From NCBI GenBank assembly GCA_018061255.1, contig JAGOUN010000003.1:1-61577 (forward strand): DNA of 61,577 bases, read 5' to 3'. The notes below the pieces were generated by a model. The model was not told where the DNA came from and searched no databases. It worked only from the letters and a program-made list of their open reading frames with translations. Below are positions 28,657-36,451 of this stretch, in pieces. The DNA comes from Gammaproteobacteria bacterium. GTDB lineage: Bacteria; Pseudomonadota; Gammaproteobacteria; JAGOUN01. The translations under genes were made by a program, and so were the position numbers. How positions within the stretch are numbered: position 1 is the stretch's first letter; the number at the start of each line of letters is the position of its first letter.

Positions 28657-28777
28657 CTCTTTCCAAACCCTGGTTGTCGTCATGGCGAGTACTCGAAGCC
28701 ATCCATCTTTTTTTAAATTAAGATGGATTGCCACGCTATGCTCGCAATGACGTCCCTTACGGGACGTTTGGAAAGAG
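28657..28777. repeat. Family A-related composite palindromic element bounded by 12-bp terminal inverted repeats
   Basis: CTCTTTCCAAAC at 28657-28668 pairs with GTTTGGAAAGAG at 28766-28777. The inner arms are CGTCATGGCGAGTACTCGAAGCCATCCATCTT and AAGATGGATTGCCACGCTATGCTCGCAATGACG. There is also a hairpin ACGTCCC-TTAC-GGGACGT. Confidence 0.85.
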
Positions 28778-28786
28778 CTCTAATGT

Positions 28787-28807
28787 AAGGCCGGGCTGAG
28801 AGGCCTT
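28787..28807. terminator. Short GC hairpin between convergent coaD and the permease gene (possible bidirectional terminator)
   Basis: AAGGCC-9 nt-GGCCTT followed by TCT on the plus strand. Weak U-tract. Confidence 0.3.
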
Positions 28808-28819
28808 TCTGTAAAGCAC

Positions 28820-30394
28820 TTATGGCGCGTCAGCACGTCGCCTAAAGACTAACAGAGTAAGCAGGCCGCATAGTAAATAACCTAAACTTAAGCTAAACAC
28901 TTCATTACGCAACGGGATCGGTAAAAGCCAGGGCAGGTATACCTCTCCAGATATATAGACTGAATGAATAACACCAAAAAATGAAAATACGCATAAAGCA
29001 ACAGCGCATAACGCACTCTGCCAGCGTTTATGATCGATGATGTAGCAAAGCCAGCTTCCCCATAAAATAGCTGTGATGAAAAATCCATTTCCCAGCAGGG
29101 TAATTAAAAATTGGTCCGTCACGTGAGGCAGTTGTGTCACATAATAGTTCTGAAAAATATCAGAGGTAAGCAAATTACCATCGGGTATTTTAATTTCCAA
29201 TAATCTAGACAGTGAAGGCAAGAATGCAAATAAAATAGCGACAGTGTATTTTTTATCCGACTGAACAAACCCTTGCATCGAAATCTCAAACGCTACAAAT
29301 AATAATACAGGTGCCACGGCGGATTCTGGAATAACATTGATGAATAACCCAAATAACCCCAAAAGCCCTCCTATCCCAACTACCACGATGTTAAGCATCA
29401 AAAATCCAGCGCGAGCATCCAGTTTTTTATAGGCGGTGAATCCAGCGTAAGGCGTGGTCTGAGCAATACCACCCAATAAAGAACCACATAGAGTTGCAAG
29501 GCCATCAATAGCGATAACTTGTTTGATGCTGTAACGTTCATCACCCATGCTATCGATACTTTTCACAACTGAAATAGTTCCAAAAATCACTAATAAAACA
29601 AAAGGCAAGAAGATTGGAAAATACAATAGAGAAGCGTGCGATTGATTAAACATTTCAAGATGCAGCATTAAACTTAATGAAAAATCGGTGTTCAATACAA
29701 GCTTAGGGACCTCTCCAATTAAACCAGTGGGTGCCAACACGTAGTAGATTAATACTCCAATAATAATAGCGCCCGGAACAGTTGGAATTTTAAACGGCAA
29801 TTTATATTTCGCGTAGATACCTGCCAAGATGATAGCGAGCACGGGTACACCGACAACCGGCACCTTAAATATCGAAATCAAAGGTAAGAACCCAATAATG
29901 GCTAAAGCTAATCCGCCAATAGCCCCTAATAATGCAGGAGATGGAAAAAGCGTACTGAGCTTATGAATGATAAGGCTGCTGCCTAACTTAATAACTCCGA
30001 CAAAAAACACACAACACGCTCCAATATGCCACGCTTGAAGTGCTGCAGTATGAACATCCGTATGTGCATTTTGTAACAATAAAAATGCGGGCCCAACAAT
30101 GCAAGAAGCAAAACCGATAGCTGAGGGAGCGTCTAAGCCGTGAGGCATGGCCGTCACGTTTCTGTTCTCTCTGCAGGCGGTGATAAAAGCAAGACCAATA
30201 AAGAGTAGATTGCCTAGCAAAATACTAATGACCGTACCAGGTACAATATTTTTAAGAATAATGTCTAAAGGGAAATGAAATCCGAATTGCAAAATTAATG
30301 AAACAAATAAGAGAACCGTTAAATTGTCAAAAATAATCGTCGCTGCTGCGCCAATATCACCGCTTGAAAACCACTGGTACCTGAATTTGTTCAT
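28820..30394 (-). CDS. NCS2/AzgA-like nucleobase (xanthine/uracil family) permease
   Basis: Polytopic membrane protein. DGLATLCGSLLGGIAQTTPYAGFTAYKKLDARAG resembles the conserved AzgA-family segment. Assignment from memory. Confidence 0.55.
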   Translation of the reverse strand: MNKFRYQWFSSGDIGAAATIIFDNLTVLLFVSLILQFGFHFPLDIILKNIVPGTVISILLGNLLFIGLAFITACRENRNVTAMPHGLDAPSAIGFASCIVGPAFLLLQNAHTDVHTAALQAWHIGACCVFFVGVIKLGSSLIIHKLSTLFPSPALLGAIGGLALAIIGFLPLISIFKVPVVGVPVLAIILAGIYAKYKLPFKIPTVPGAIIIGVLIYYVLAPTGLIGEVPKLVLNTDFSLSLMLHLEMFNQSHASLLYFPIFLPFVLLVIFGTISVVKSIDSMGDERYSIKQVIAIDGLATLCGSLLGGIAQTTPYAGFTAYKKLDARAGFLMLNIVVVGIGGLLGLFGLFINVIPESAVAPVLLFVAFEISMQGFVQSDKKYTVAILFAFLPSLSRLLEIKIPDGNLLTSDIFQNYYVTQLPHVTDQFLITLLGNGFFITAILWGSWLCYIIDHKRWQSALCAVALCVFSFFGVIHSVYISGEVYLPWLLPIPLRNEVFSLSLGYLLCGLLTLLVFRRRADAP

Positions 30395-30440
30395 GTTTTC
30401 GCCTTATTGAGAATTACTTGCGTGTAAACAACTCGACTCT

Positions 30441-30508
30441 TGTCATTTTAAGCTTCTTTTTAAGACTAGGCCCCAGCCTGGGCTGGGGTGACAGTAGTTG
30501 GTTGAATT
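30441..30508. repeat. Repeat family B, internally deleted copy (right arm intact)
   Basis: TGTCAT...CTTCTTTTTAAGACTAGGCCCCAGCCTGGGCTGGGGTGACAGTAGTTGGTTGAATT is near-identical to the right arm at 45601-45657. Confidence 0.8.
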
Positions 30509-30540
30509 AAAGATGAAAAATCCCAATACAGCCTAACTAT

Positions 30541-30765
30541 TTATTTAATTTTGTCTTCTTTGAACTCGACATGCATTCCTAACTTACCTGTTTCAGTATT
30601 ATAGGCGCGCGGATCAAATGCTTTCTTTGCTAGCTTTTCTACCTTCGAACCGCCACTGCCACCTTTCGGCTTAGAACGCTTCGTCGTGGTCTTATAAAAA
30701 CCTGTTTTTGTACCTTTTTCTGTGGTTCCTGTAGAAACCAACTTCACTTTAACTCGATCACCCAT
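30541..30765 (-). CDS. rpmG: 50S ribosomal protein L33, expanded form (74 aa)
   Basis: VKVKLVS...GFYKTTTK...KAFDP...HVEFKEDKIK matches the L33 framework (E. coli [39 protein letters not shown]). It lies immediately downstream of rpmB, as usual. Confidence 0.8.
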   Translation of the reverse strand: MGDRVKVKLVSTGTTEKGTKTGFYKTTTKRSKPKGGSGGSKVEKLAKKAFDPRAYNTETGKLGMHVEFKEDKIK

Positions 30766-30791
30766 TCTGCTTTCCTCTCAATAATTGGCTT

Positions 30792-31028
30792 CTAAACCTG
30801 TTCGCCGCGTGCACGGATTTCTTTGATAACCGCTTCAACGCCTTTTTTGTCGATGGTCTTCAAGCCTTTTCCACTGACGAGTAAAGTAATATAGCGCTTT
30901 TCGCTTGTCATCCAAAAACGATGTTTATGCAGGTTTGGAAGGAAGCGACGACGTGTTTTATTATTTGCATGTGACACATTATTGCCTGACATCGGTCTTT
31001 TCCCGGTCACTTGGCATACCATTGACAT
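30792..31028 (-). CDS. rpmB: 50S ribosomal protein L28
   Basis: [39 protein letters not shown]. Confidence 0.94.
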   Translation of the reverse strand: MSMVCQVTGKRPMSGNNVSHANNKTRRRFLPNLHKHRFWMTSEKRYITLLVSGKGLKTIDKKGVEAVIKEIRARGEQV

Positions 31029-31104
31029 TTGAATCTCCTAAAATTAAGCCCATTACGGCAGTTAGCCAGCCTTTATATCAAAAATTGACTCGAGTTGCAA
31101 TTAT

Positions 31105-31779
31105 CTATAAGTCTCCATGCTCAGAAAAAGCATAAACCGCACTTTGAGCGATAATAATATGGTCTAACAAGAGAATCTCCATGGTGCTCAAAGCTTGTTT
31201 GATCTGCAGCGTAATCGCCAGATCTGCCGCACTCGGGCGGGCTTCTCCCGAAGGATGGTTATGCCCCAAAACCACGGCATGAGCGTTATGGCTCAACGCG
31301 AGTTTGACAATTTCTCTTGGATAAACAGTAACTTGCGTTAAGGTGCCCTGAAACAACTCTTCATAATGTATGACTCGCAATTGTGGGCTAAGAAATAAAC
31401 AGACAAATACTTCACGTTGCTTATGTTTCAATCGCATTTGCAGATACTTTTTTAACGCAACTGAAGTATTGGTCATTGGTTGTTCACAAGCTTGCTCCCA
31501 AAGATAACGCCGACACAGTTCTAAAATGGCTTGTAACGTGACGGCTTTGGCATTACCAATGCCATTAATACTCTGTAATTCTTCATTAGAGGCATGCAAA
31601 AGAGAAGCAAGTGACGTATAGCGTGTTAATAATTCGCGCGCTAAAGCAATCACTGTTTTCTCTTTGGTGCCTGTGTTTAGAAAAATTGCTAATAATTCAA
31701 CATCGGATAATACTTCCGCGCCGTAAGTCAACAGTTTTTCTCGAGGTCGTGCATCAATGGGAAATAAATCGTTGATCAT
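31105..31779 (-). CDS. radC: RadC/YicR-family JAMM protein
   Basis: RPREKLLTYGAEVLSDVELLAIFL and JAMM motif VVLGHNHPSGEARPSAADL. ATG 31779 is preceded by GGAG. Confidence 0.86.
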   Translation of the reverse strand: MINDLFPIDARPREKLLTYGAEVLSDVELLAIFLNTGTKEKTVIALARELLTRYTSLASLLHASNEELQSINGIGNAKAVTLQAILELCRRYLWEQACEQPMTNTSVALKKYLQMRLKHKQREVFVCLFLSPQLRVIHYEELFQGTLTQVTVYPREIVKLALSHNAHAVVLGHNHPSGEARPSAADLAITLQIKQALSTMEILLLDHIIIAQSAVYAFSEHGDL

Positions 31780-31837
31780 GGAGATCTCCGCAAGAAGGTG
31801 GTGAGGGAAAATGTTAAAAACACGGGAGGGAGGGGAA

Positions 31838-32917
31838 TTATAACGACACAATGGCTGCGTGTAAAACACGTCGCTGTTCAACACTTTCTGCCAACAAATC
31901 CATTATCGGCAAGGTTTGCTCCCAAGACAAACATGCATCTGTAATGCTTTTTCCATACTGTAACGCTTGCTTGTCTTGAAGTAACTGTCGCCCTTCTTGT
32001 AAAAAACTTTCTATCATGACACCGGCAATGTAACGATTACCCTGGGCAATTTGTTTGGCCAGCGAACGCGCGACAACCGCTTGTTTTAAGTGTGTTTTAC
32101 TACTGTTGCCATGGCTACAGTCCACCATAAGGTGCGGATTAAGCCGCTTAGCTTTCAGCAGTATAACGCTTTTTTCAATTGCACATTCATCATAATTTGA
32201 GCCTGTATTTGAGCCTCGCAAAATAATATGACCGTTGGAGCTGCCCTTTGTTTCAATAATCGTTGCCATACCTTCATCATTAATACTAAAAAAATGGTGG
32301 GGGTGACTGGCTGTTTCAACCGCATCAATCGCAATTTGAATGTTGCCATCGGTATTATTTTTAAAACCGATCGGCATCGGTAGAGAAGAAGCAAGTTCAC
32401 GATGCGTGCGACTTTCTGTCGTTCGCGCGCCAATAGCACCCCATGTGATAAAATCACTGAGATAGTGCGGTGAAAATGTATCCATAAACTCTGTTGCGGC
32501 CGGCACGCCCAGTGCGGTGATATCTGACAATAATTCTCTTGCCAGCATTAAGCCATCATTAATCGCATGACTACCATCTAAATGTGGATCATTAATTAAA
32601 CCTTTCCACCCCGTGGTCGTACGCGGCTTTTCGAAGTAAACCCGCATGACCAAATGTAATTGTTTTGAATAGGTTTTGATTGCGTCTTTTAAAAAATGAC
32701 CATATTCAAGCGCAGCATCAATATCGTGAATAGAGCACGGACCAACGATCATTAATAAGCGATCATCTTGCCCAAGCAGGATTTTTTCTGCTTGTTCTCG
32801 CGCACTTTTTATCGCTTGCTCAGCAACAGACGTGCGTGGAAAGGCCTCGATAACCTTTTTAGGTGACACGAGAGATTGACGTGATTTAACGCGCCAATCA
32901 TCGATGTTTTCGAACAT
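31838..32917 (-). CDS. 3-deoxy-7-phosphoheptulonate (DAHP) synthase, class I (AroG/F/H type)
   Basis: DDRLLMIVGPCSIHD, VMRVYFEKPRTTTGWKGLINDPHLDGS, WGAIGARTTESRTHRELAS, YGKSITDAC. Confidence 0.93.
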   Translation of the reverse strand: MFENIDDWRVKSRQSLVSPKKVIEAFPRTSVAEQAIKSAREQAEKILLGQDDRLLMIVGPCSIHDIDAALEYGHFLKDAIKTYSKQLHLVMRVYFEKPRTTTGWKGLINDPHLDGSHAINDGLMLARELLSDITALGVPAATEFMDTFSPHYLSDFITWGAIGARTTESRTHRELASSLPMPIGFKNNTDGNIQIAIDAVETASHPHHFFSINDEGMATIIETKGSSNGHIILRGSNTGSNYDECAIEKSVILLKAKRLNPHLMVDCSHGNSSKTHLKQAVVARSLAKQIAQGNRYIAGVMIESFLQEGRQLLQDKQALQYGKSITDACLSWEQTLPIMDLLAESVEQRRVLHAAIVSL

Positions 32918-32978
32918 GGTATTGCAAAGTGTCTAGGACAATACGTAGAATTCTATCAGCTTTTTTACCCTGGGGCGA

Positions 32979-33800
32979 TTAAAAATCAACGGGTAGTTTG
33001 TCTAAGTTTCTACCGTAAAAAATTTCCAACATCTCACGACGCACCCCCGTGCGGATTTCACGCAGCTCTTGTGGGCTAAATTCTTCCATGCCCGCGCCAA
33101 ATAGGTAGTTGTTAAGATCAAAATTTTTCAACAACATTTTAGTATGAAAAATATTTTCTTGATAAACATTGACGTCAATCATTTGATAATGACTGCGAGT
33201 TTCAGAGGAAAAGTAATTTTGTATGGAATTAATTTCATGATCTTGAAAATGCTTAATGCCATCCGTATCCCGAGTAAAGCCTCGAATACGGTAATCCACT
33301 GTCACAATATCGGAGTCAAAGCTATGAATCAAATAATTAAGTGCTTTTAAAGGGGAAATGATACCGCACGTCGAAACATCGATATCGGCACGAAAAGTCG
33401 ATATTCCCTCATCAGGGTGGCTTTCTGGATAAGTATGAACGGTAATATGGCTTTTATCTAAATGCGCTACCACGCTTTCAGGCAGCGGGCCAGGAGATTC
33501 GGTATTGGGTAATTTTTTTTCGTGCAAAGGGCCTTCGCTAATCAACATCGTGACGCTGGCGCCTTGAGGCTCATAATCCTGCGAAGCAATGTTTAAAATA
33601 TTAGCGCCGATAATATCGGAAACATCAGTCAAAATTTTGGTTAAGCGTTCGGCATTGTAGGCTTCATCGATGTAGCGAATATACTCATCTTGGTGTTTTT
33701 TTGTTTTCGCGTAACAAATGTCGTAGATATTAAAGCTCAGCGAATTTGTTAAATTGTTGAAACCATGTAGTTTTAGCTTTTTTCGATTAATTTCTACCAA
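32979..33800 (-). CDS. speD: S-adenosylmethionine decarboxylase proenzyme
   Basis: [55 protein letters not shown] start 33800 has AAGGAG 7 nt upstream. Confidence 0.93.
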   Translation of the reverse strand: MVEINRKKLKLHGFNNLTNSLSFNIYDICYAKTKKHQDEYIRYIDEAYNAERLTKILTDVSDIIGANILNIASQDYEPQGASVTMLISEGPLHEKKLPNTESPGPLPESVVAHLDKSHITVHTYPESHPDEGISTFRADIDVSTCGIISPLKALNYLIHSFDSDIVTVDYRIRGFTRDTDGIKHFQDHEINSIQNYFSSETRSHYQMIDVNVYQENIFHTKMLLKNFDLNNYLFGAGMEEFSPQELREIRTGVRREMLEIFYGRNLDKLPVDF

Positions 33801-33883
33801 CGCAATGCTCCTTTAGCCCAAAACGAGTGGGATTGTGACATACCCTCAGCGCTAAAAACAGTCTCTTGCTTTCCAGTAGCAAT

Positions 33884-36289
33884 TTATACTTCGTTACTAC
33901 CAGGGCGATGAGTGGGATGATCATACATATCTATCGAACCTTCAGTCGATGGAGGACAAAATGATGGCGGATGTTCTTCTATCAAACTTTCAGGCGATCG
34001 AGACCAGAATGATGGCAGCCATGACTGTTTTTCTTCCATCAAGTCATTACAAACACATTTTTTCTGTCTTTCTTCTTGCTCTTGATCGGTGCCTTGCAGT
34101 TTAGCTAAAACTGCCTGTATTTGCTGTTTTGCTGGAGTATGAGACACAGAAGAAAGTTGCAAACTTGGGCAAGAACCTTCTTTTGGCAACGACATCCTTG
34201 CCAGCCAAATTAATCTTTGTGTCTTGTTGAGTGTAAAAAAGCCAGAAAAACATGCTGGTTTCAGCAGCGCAAGAGTACTGTTGCTCGCAACTAATGCATT
34301 AGCAATATACACCACCGCCTCTTCTAAAGGATCTTCGGTTTTTGCGTAACGATACAAAGTATTTAAAAGCAAATTTCTTTTTGTCTCATAAAGCTCAGGA
34401 TCATCGTTGTATTTTTCAGTGACGTGAATAATCGCTTTTTTGTAAAAATGTGCCAATTTTTCAAAACGCTCGTGGGGGAGCTGCCTTTCTTTTAATGCTT
34501 GCCATACTACAGCAGGCATGCTTATATTTTTATGATCCAAATTATTTGACGCATCAAATAATTGACGCGCAATTTCTACTAATTCTGTGGAATTTAAAAC
34601 AGGTTCATTGAATGGATTAAATAGTGTTGAAAAATAATTCTGTGAAAAATCCCTATATGACAGTTGACGAATCGTGTCTACATAAGACGGATTAAATAAA
34701 TTTTCACCTCGCGCCTGCGGAGCAAACAACCAAGTACACGCAATTAAAAGCAAAAAACCTGCCTTGTCACGGCATCCTGCTATCTTATTCAGAGTTAGCG
34801 AAAGAAGCCTATCTAAATCACCACGGTGGCTTGCGTATGCCAAAACTTTGGCCATAATCTCGAGATTTTTACTTTCAATCGCTTTATCTAGAGCATTTTT
34901 TTTATTTTCATCTTCAAGCATTAAATCTAAAATTTGGGAAATTAATACTTTCAACGTGGGCGAGTCTAAATGGCCTATTTTTTGGCCCCCTATAGGAAGT
35001 TGATTAATAGCATTCTGTGTCAGATATTGAAGATCATCATAGTAACTCGATGGTGCTTTTATTTCAGCAAAAGCATCCTCGATTTTTACATTCTTCTCTT
35101 CTTCTTCTTGAAGCGAAGAATATAACTCCTGCAACGTAAAGTTATCATATACCTCAGCCATTTTCCAATCATAAACAAGTTGCGCGCTCAAAAAAGCCTC
35201 AAGATCATTCACCAAATATTCCAACTTATTATTGCTTTCAGCATCTGTCACCCTATACTTTTCTTCAGGAGCAAAATAGTCCATCTCTCCTTTATACATC
35301 TCCCGCCTTTGCTTAATATTACCCTCAACATACGTCTTGGTACCAATAGAAGTAAATTGATGGTTGACCGATGGAATCACAATAAAATCTGTTTCGATCT
35401 CTACATTAGTATCGGTTCTGGGTAGTGGTGCAAAGGAAGTCAGAAAATTTTCACACTCTTCTTGAAAAACCTTAAGCGCCCCATTATCTCCCTTCATCAG
35501 TCTATCTACTAATTCTTCATGCTCAACTCGAAATTTTAAATATGTAATAATATTACTTGATAAATCACGTTGGTTAGATGCATCTACATGCTCAACATCT
35601 GCCTTAAAGGTTTTATGCAAACTAATCTCTTCTATTAAATTCGTTACTCGAGTTTGTATGTCCCTTCGAGATAGTGTTGATGATTCTTTTGTTGTTATTG
35701 TCATTTCAATTGACTGAACAACTAATATTGCCCAGTATTTCTCACGGCAAAAACCATATGTTTTTTGAGCTTCTAGCAGCTTACGCTCCGCAATAACATT
35801 TCTAGTAATGCCAATGATTGCGCCAGATAAATGAAGTTCTCGCGTGAAACTTATGCGTAGTGGTTTTAATTGTTTCTCTAAGTTTTCATAGTACTTACTA
35901 TCTCGCTCGGTTGAGAGAAAGCAATTTAAACCATTAAGAGCATAATTTTTAGTTTCATCATCTTGTGTAATTATTATTGTGTCTAGAAAATCATGTAAAA
36001 TGTCTGTTAAGGTCACTGCAGTAGATTTTCTTTTTGCCCTCAGTGCTGAAGGTCTGTCAGATAAACTCAGTCGCAGCGCAGACACACTTAGGCGTGATTC
36101 GCTCATTGGCGTCATAACCGCTTGAGGTTCACTGTGTATTAAAAGTGGTCTTCCGCTTTCTGACGAATCAAAAGAGCTCTCGATGCTTTCTCCAGGCAAA
36201 GGAGTTGCGTAGTGTTCAGAGTTTTTTTCATTATGCCCTAAGCCGAAGCCATCTGAATTTCTAGGAGAAGTTATTTTTCTATACACCAT
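33884..36289 (-). CDS. Large orphan protein, paralogue 1 (about 800 aa); candidate secreted effector
   Basis: Long uninterrupted ORF. ATG 36289 is preceded by GAAGGGG (GTG 36313 is an alternative). Homologous along its length to the adjacent 694-aa ORF. I recognise no catalytic motif. Confidence 0.75.
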   Translation of the reverse strand: MVYRKITSPRNSDGFGLGHNEKNSEHYATPLPGESIESSFDSSESGRPLLIHSEPQAVMTPMSESRLSVSALRLSLSDRPSALRAKRKSTAVTLTDILHDFLDTIIITQDDETKNYALNGLNCFLSTERDSKYYENLEKQLKPLRISFTRELHLSGAIIGITRNVIAERKLLEAQKTYGFCREKYWAILVVQSIEMTITTKESSTLSRRDIQTRVTNLIEEISLHKTFKADVEHVDASNQRDLSSNIITYLKFRVEHEELVDRLMKGDNGALKVFQEECENFLTSFAPLPRTDTNVEIETDFIVIPSVNHQFTSIGTKTYVEGNIKQRREMYKGEMDYFAPEEKYRVTDAESNNKLEYLVNDLEAFLSAQLVYDWKMAEVYDNFTLQELYSSLQEEEEKNVKIEDAFAEIKAPSSYYDDLQYLTQNAINQLPIGGQKIGHLDSPTLKVLISQILDLMLEDENKKNALDKAIESKNLEIMAKVLAYASHRGDLDRLLSLTLNKIAGCRDKAGFLLLIACTWLFAPQARGENLFNPSYVDTIRQLSYRDFSQNYFSTLFNPFNEPVLNSTELVEIARQLFDASNNLDHKNISMPAVVWQALKERQLPHERFEKLAHFYKKAIIHVTEKYNDDPELYETKRNLLLNTLYRYAKTEDPLEEAVVYIANALVASNSTLALLKPACFSGFFTLNKTQRLIWLARMSLPKEGSCPSLQLSSVSHTPAKQQIQAVLAKLQGTDQEQEERQKKCVCNDLMEEKQSWLPSFWSRSPESLIEEHPPSFCPPSTEGSIDMYDHPTHRPGSNEV

Positions 36290-36366
36290 AGCCCCTTCGT
36301 GCTCTTGGCACACTATCGTTATTCTTTTAATGTATTAAAATTTAACAGAAGCCTATATAAAATCAA

Positions 36367-36398
36367 GTTATTATCTCACATTCTTGTGAGATAATAAC
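36367..36398 (-). terminator. Perfect 14-bp-arm palindrome (terminator and/or operator) between the two paralogues
   Basis: GTTATTATCTCACA-TTCT-TGTGAGATAATAAC. T-rich on both sides. Confidence 0.5.
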
Positions 36399-36451
36399 AT
36401 TTTTCGGTCATAAGAGAAACAATATGGCTAATAAAAGGACGGTATTAACCA

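Noticed and set aside
31780-31884. 35-aa N-terminal extension of radC overlapping the DAHP synthase 3' end
   Set aside because: RadC homology begins at MINDLFPIDARPREKLL, and ATG 31779 has a GGAG ribosome-binding site.
36314-36366. PmrA-type (TTAA-repeat) regulatory box upstream of the paralogous orphan genes
   Set aside because: The leader contains TTAA at offsets 0, 7 and 15 (TTAAATTTTAATACATTAAAA on the gene strand). These spacings do not match the ~11-bp tandem arrangement I recall for Legionella/Coxiella PmrA sites, so I make no specific regulator call.
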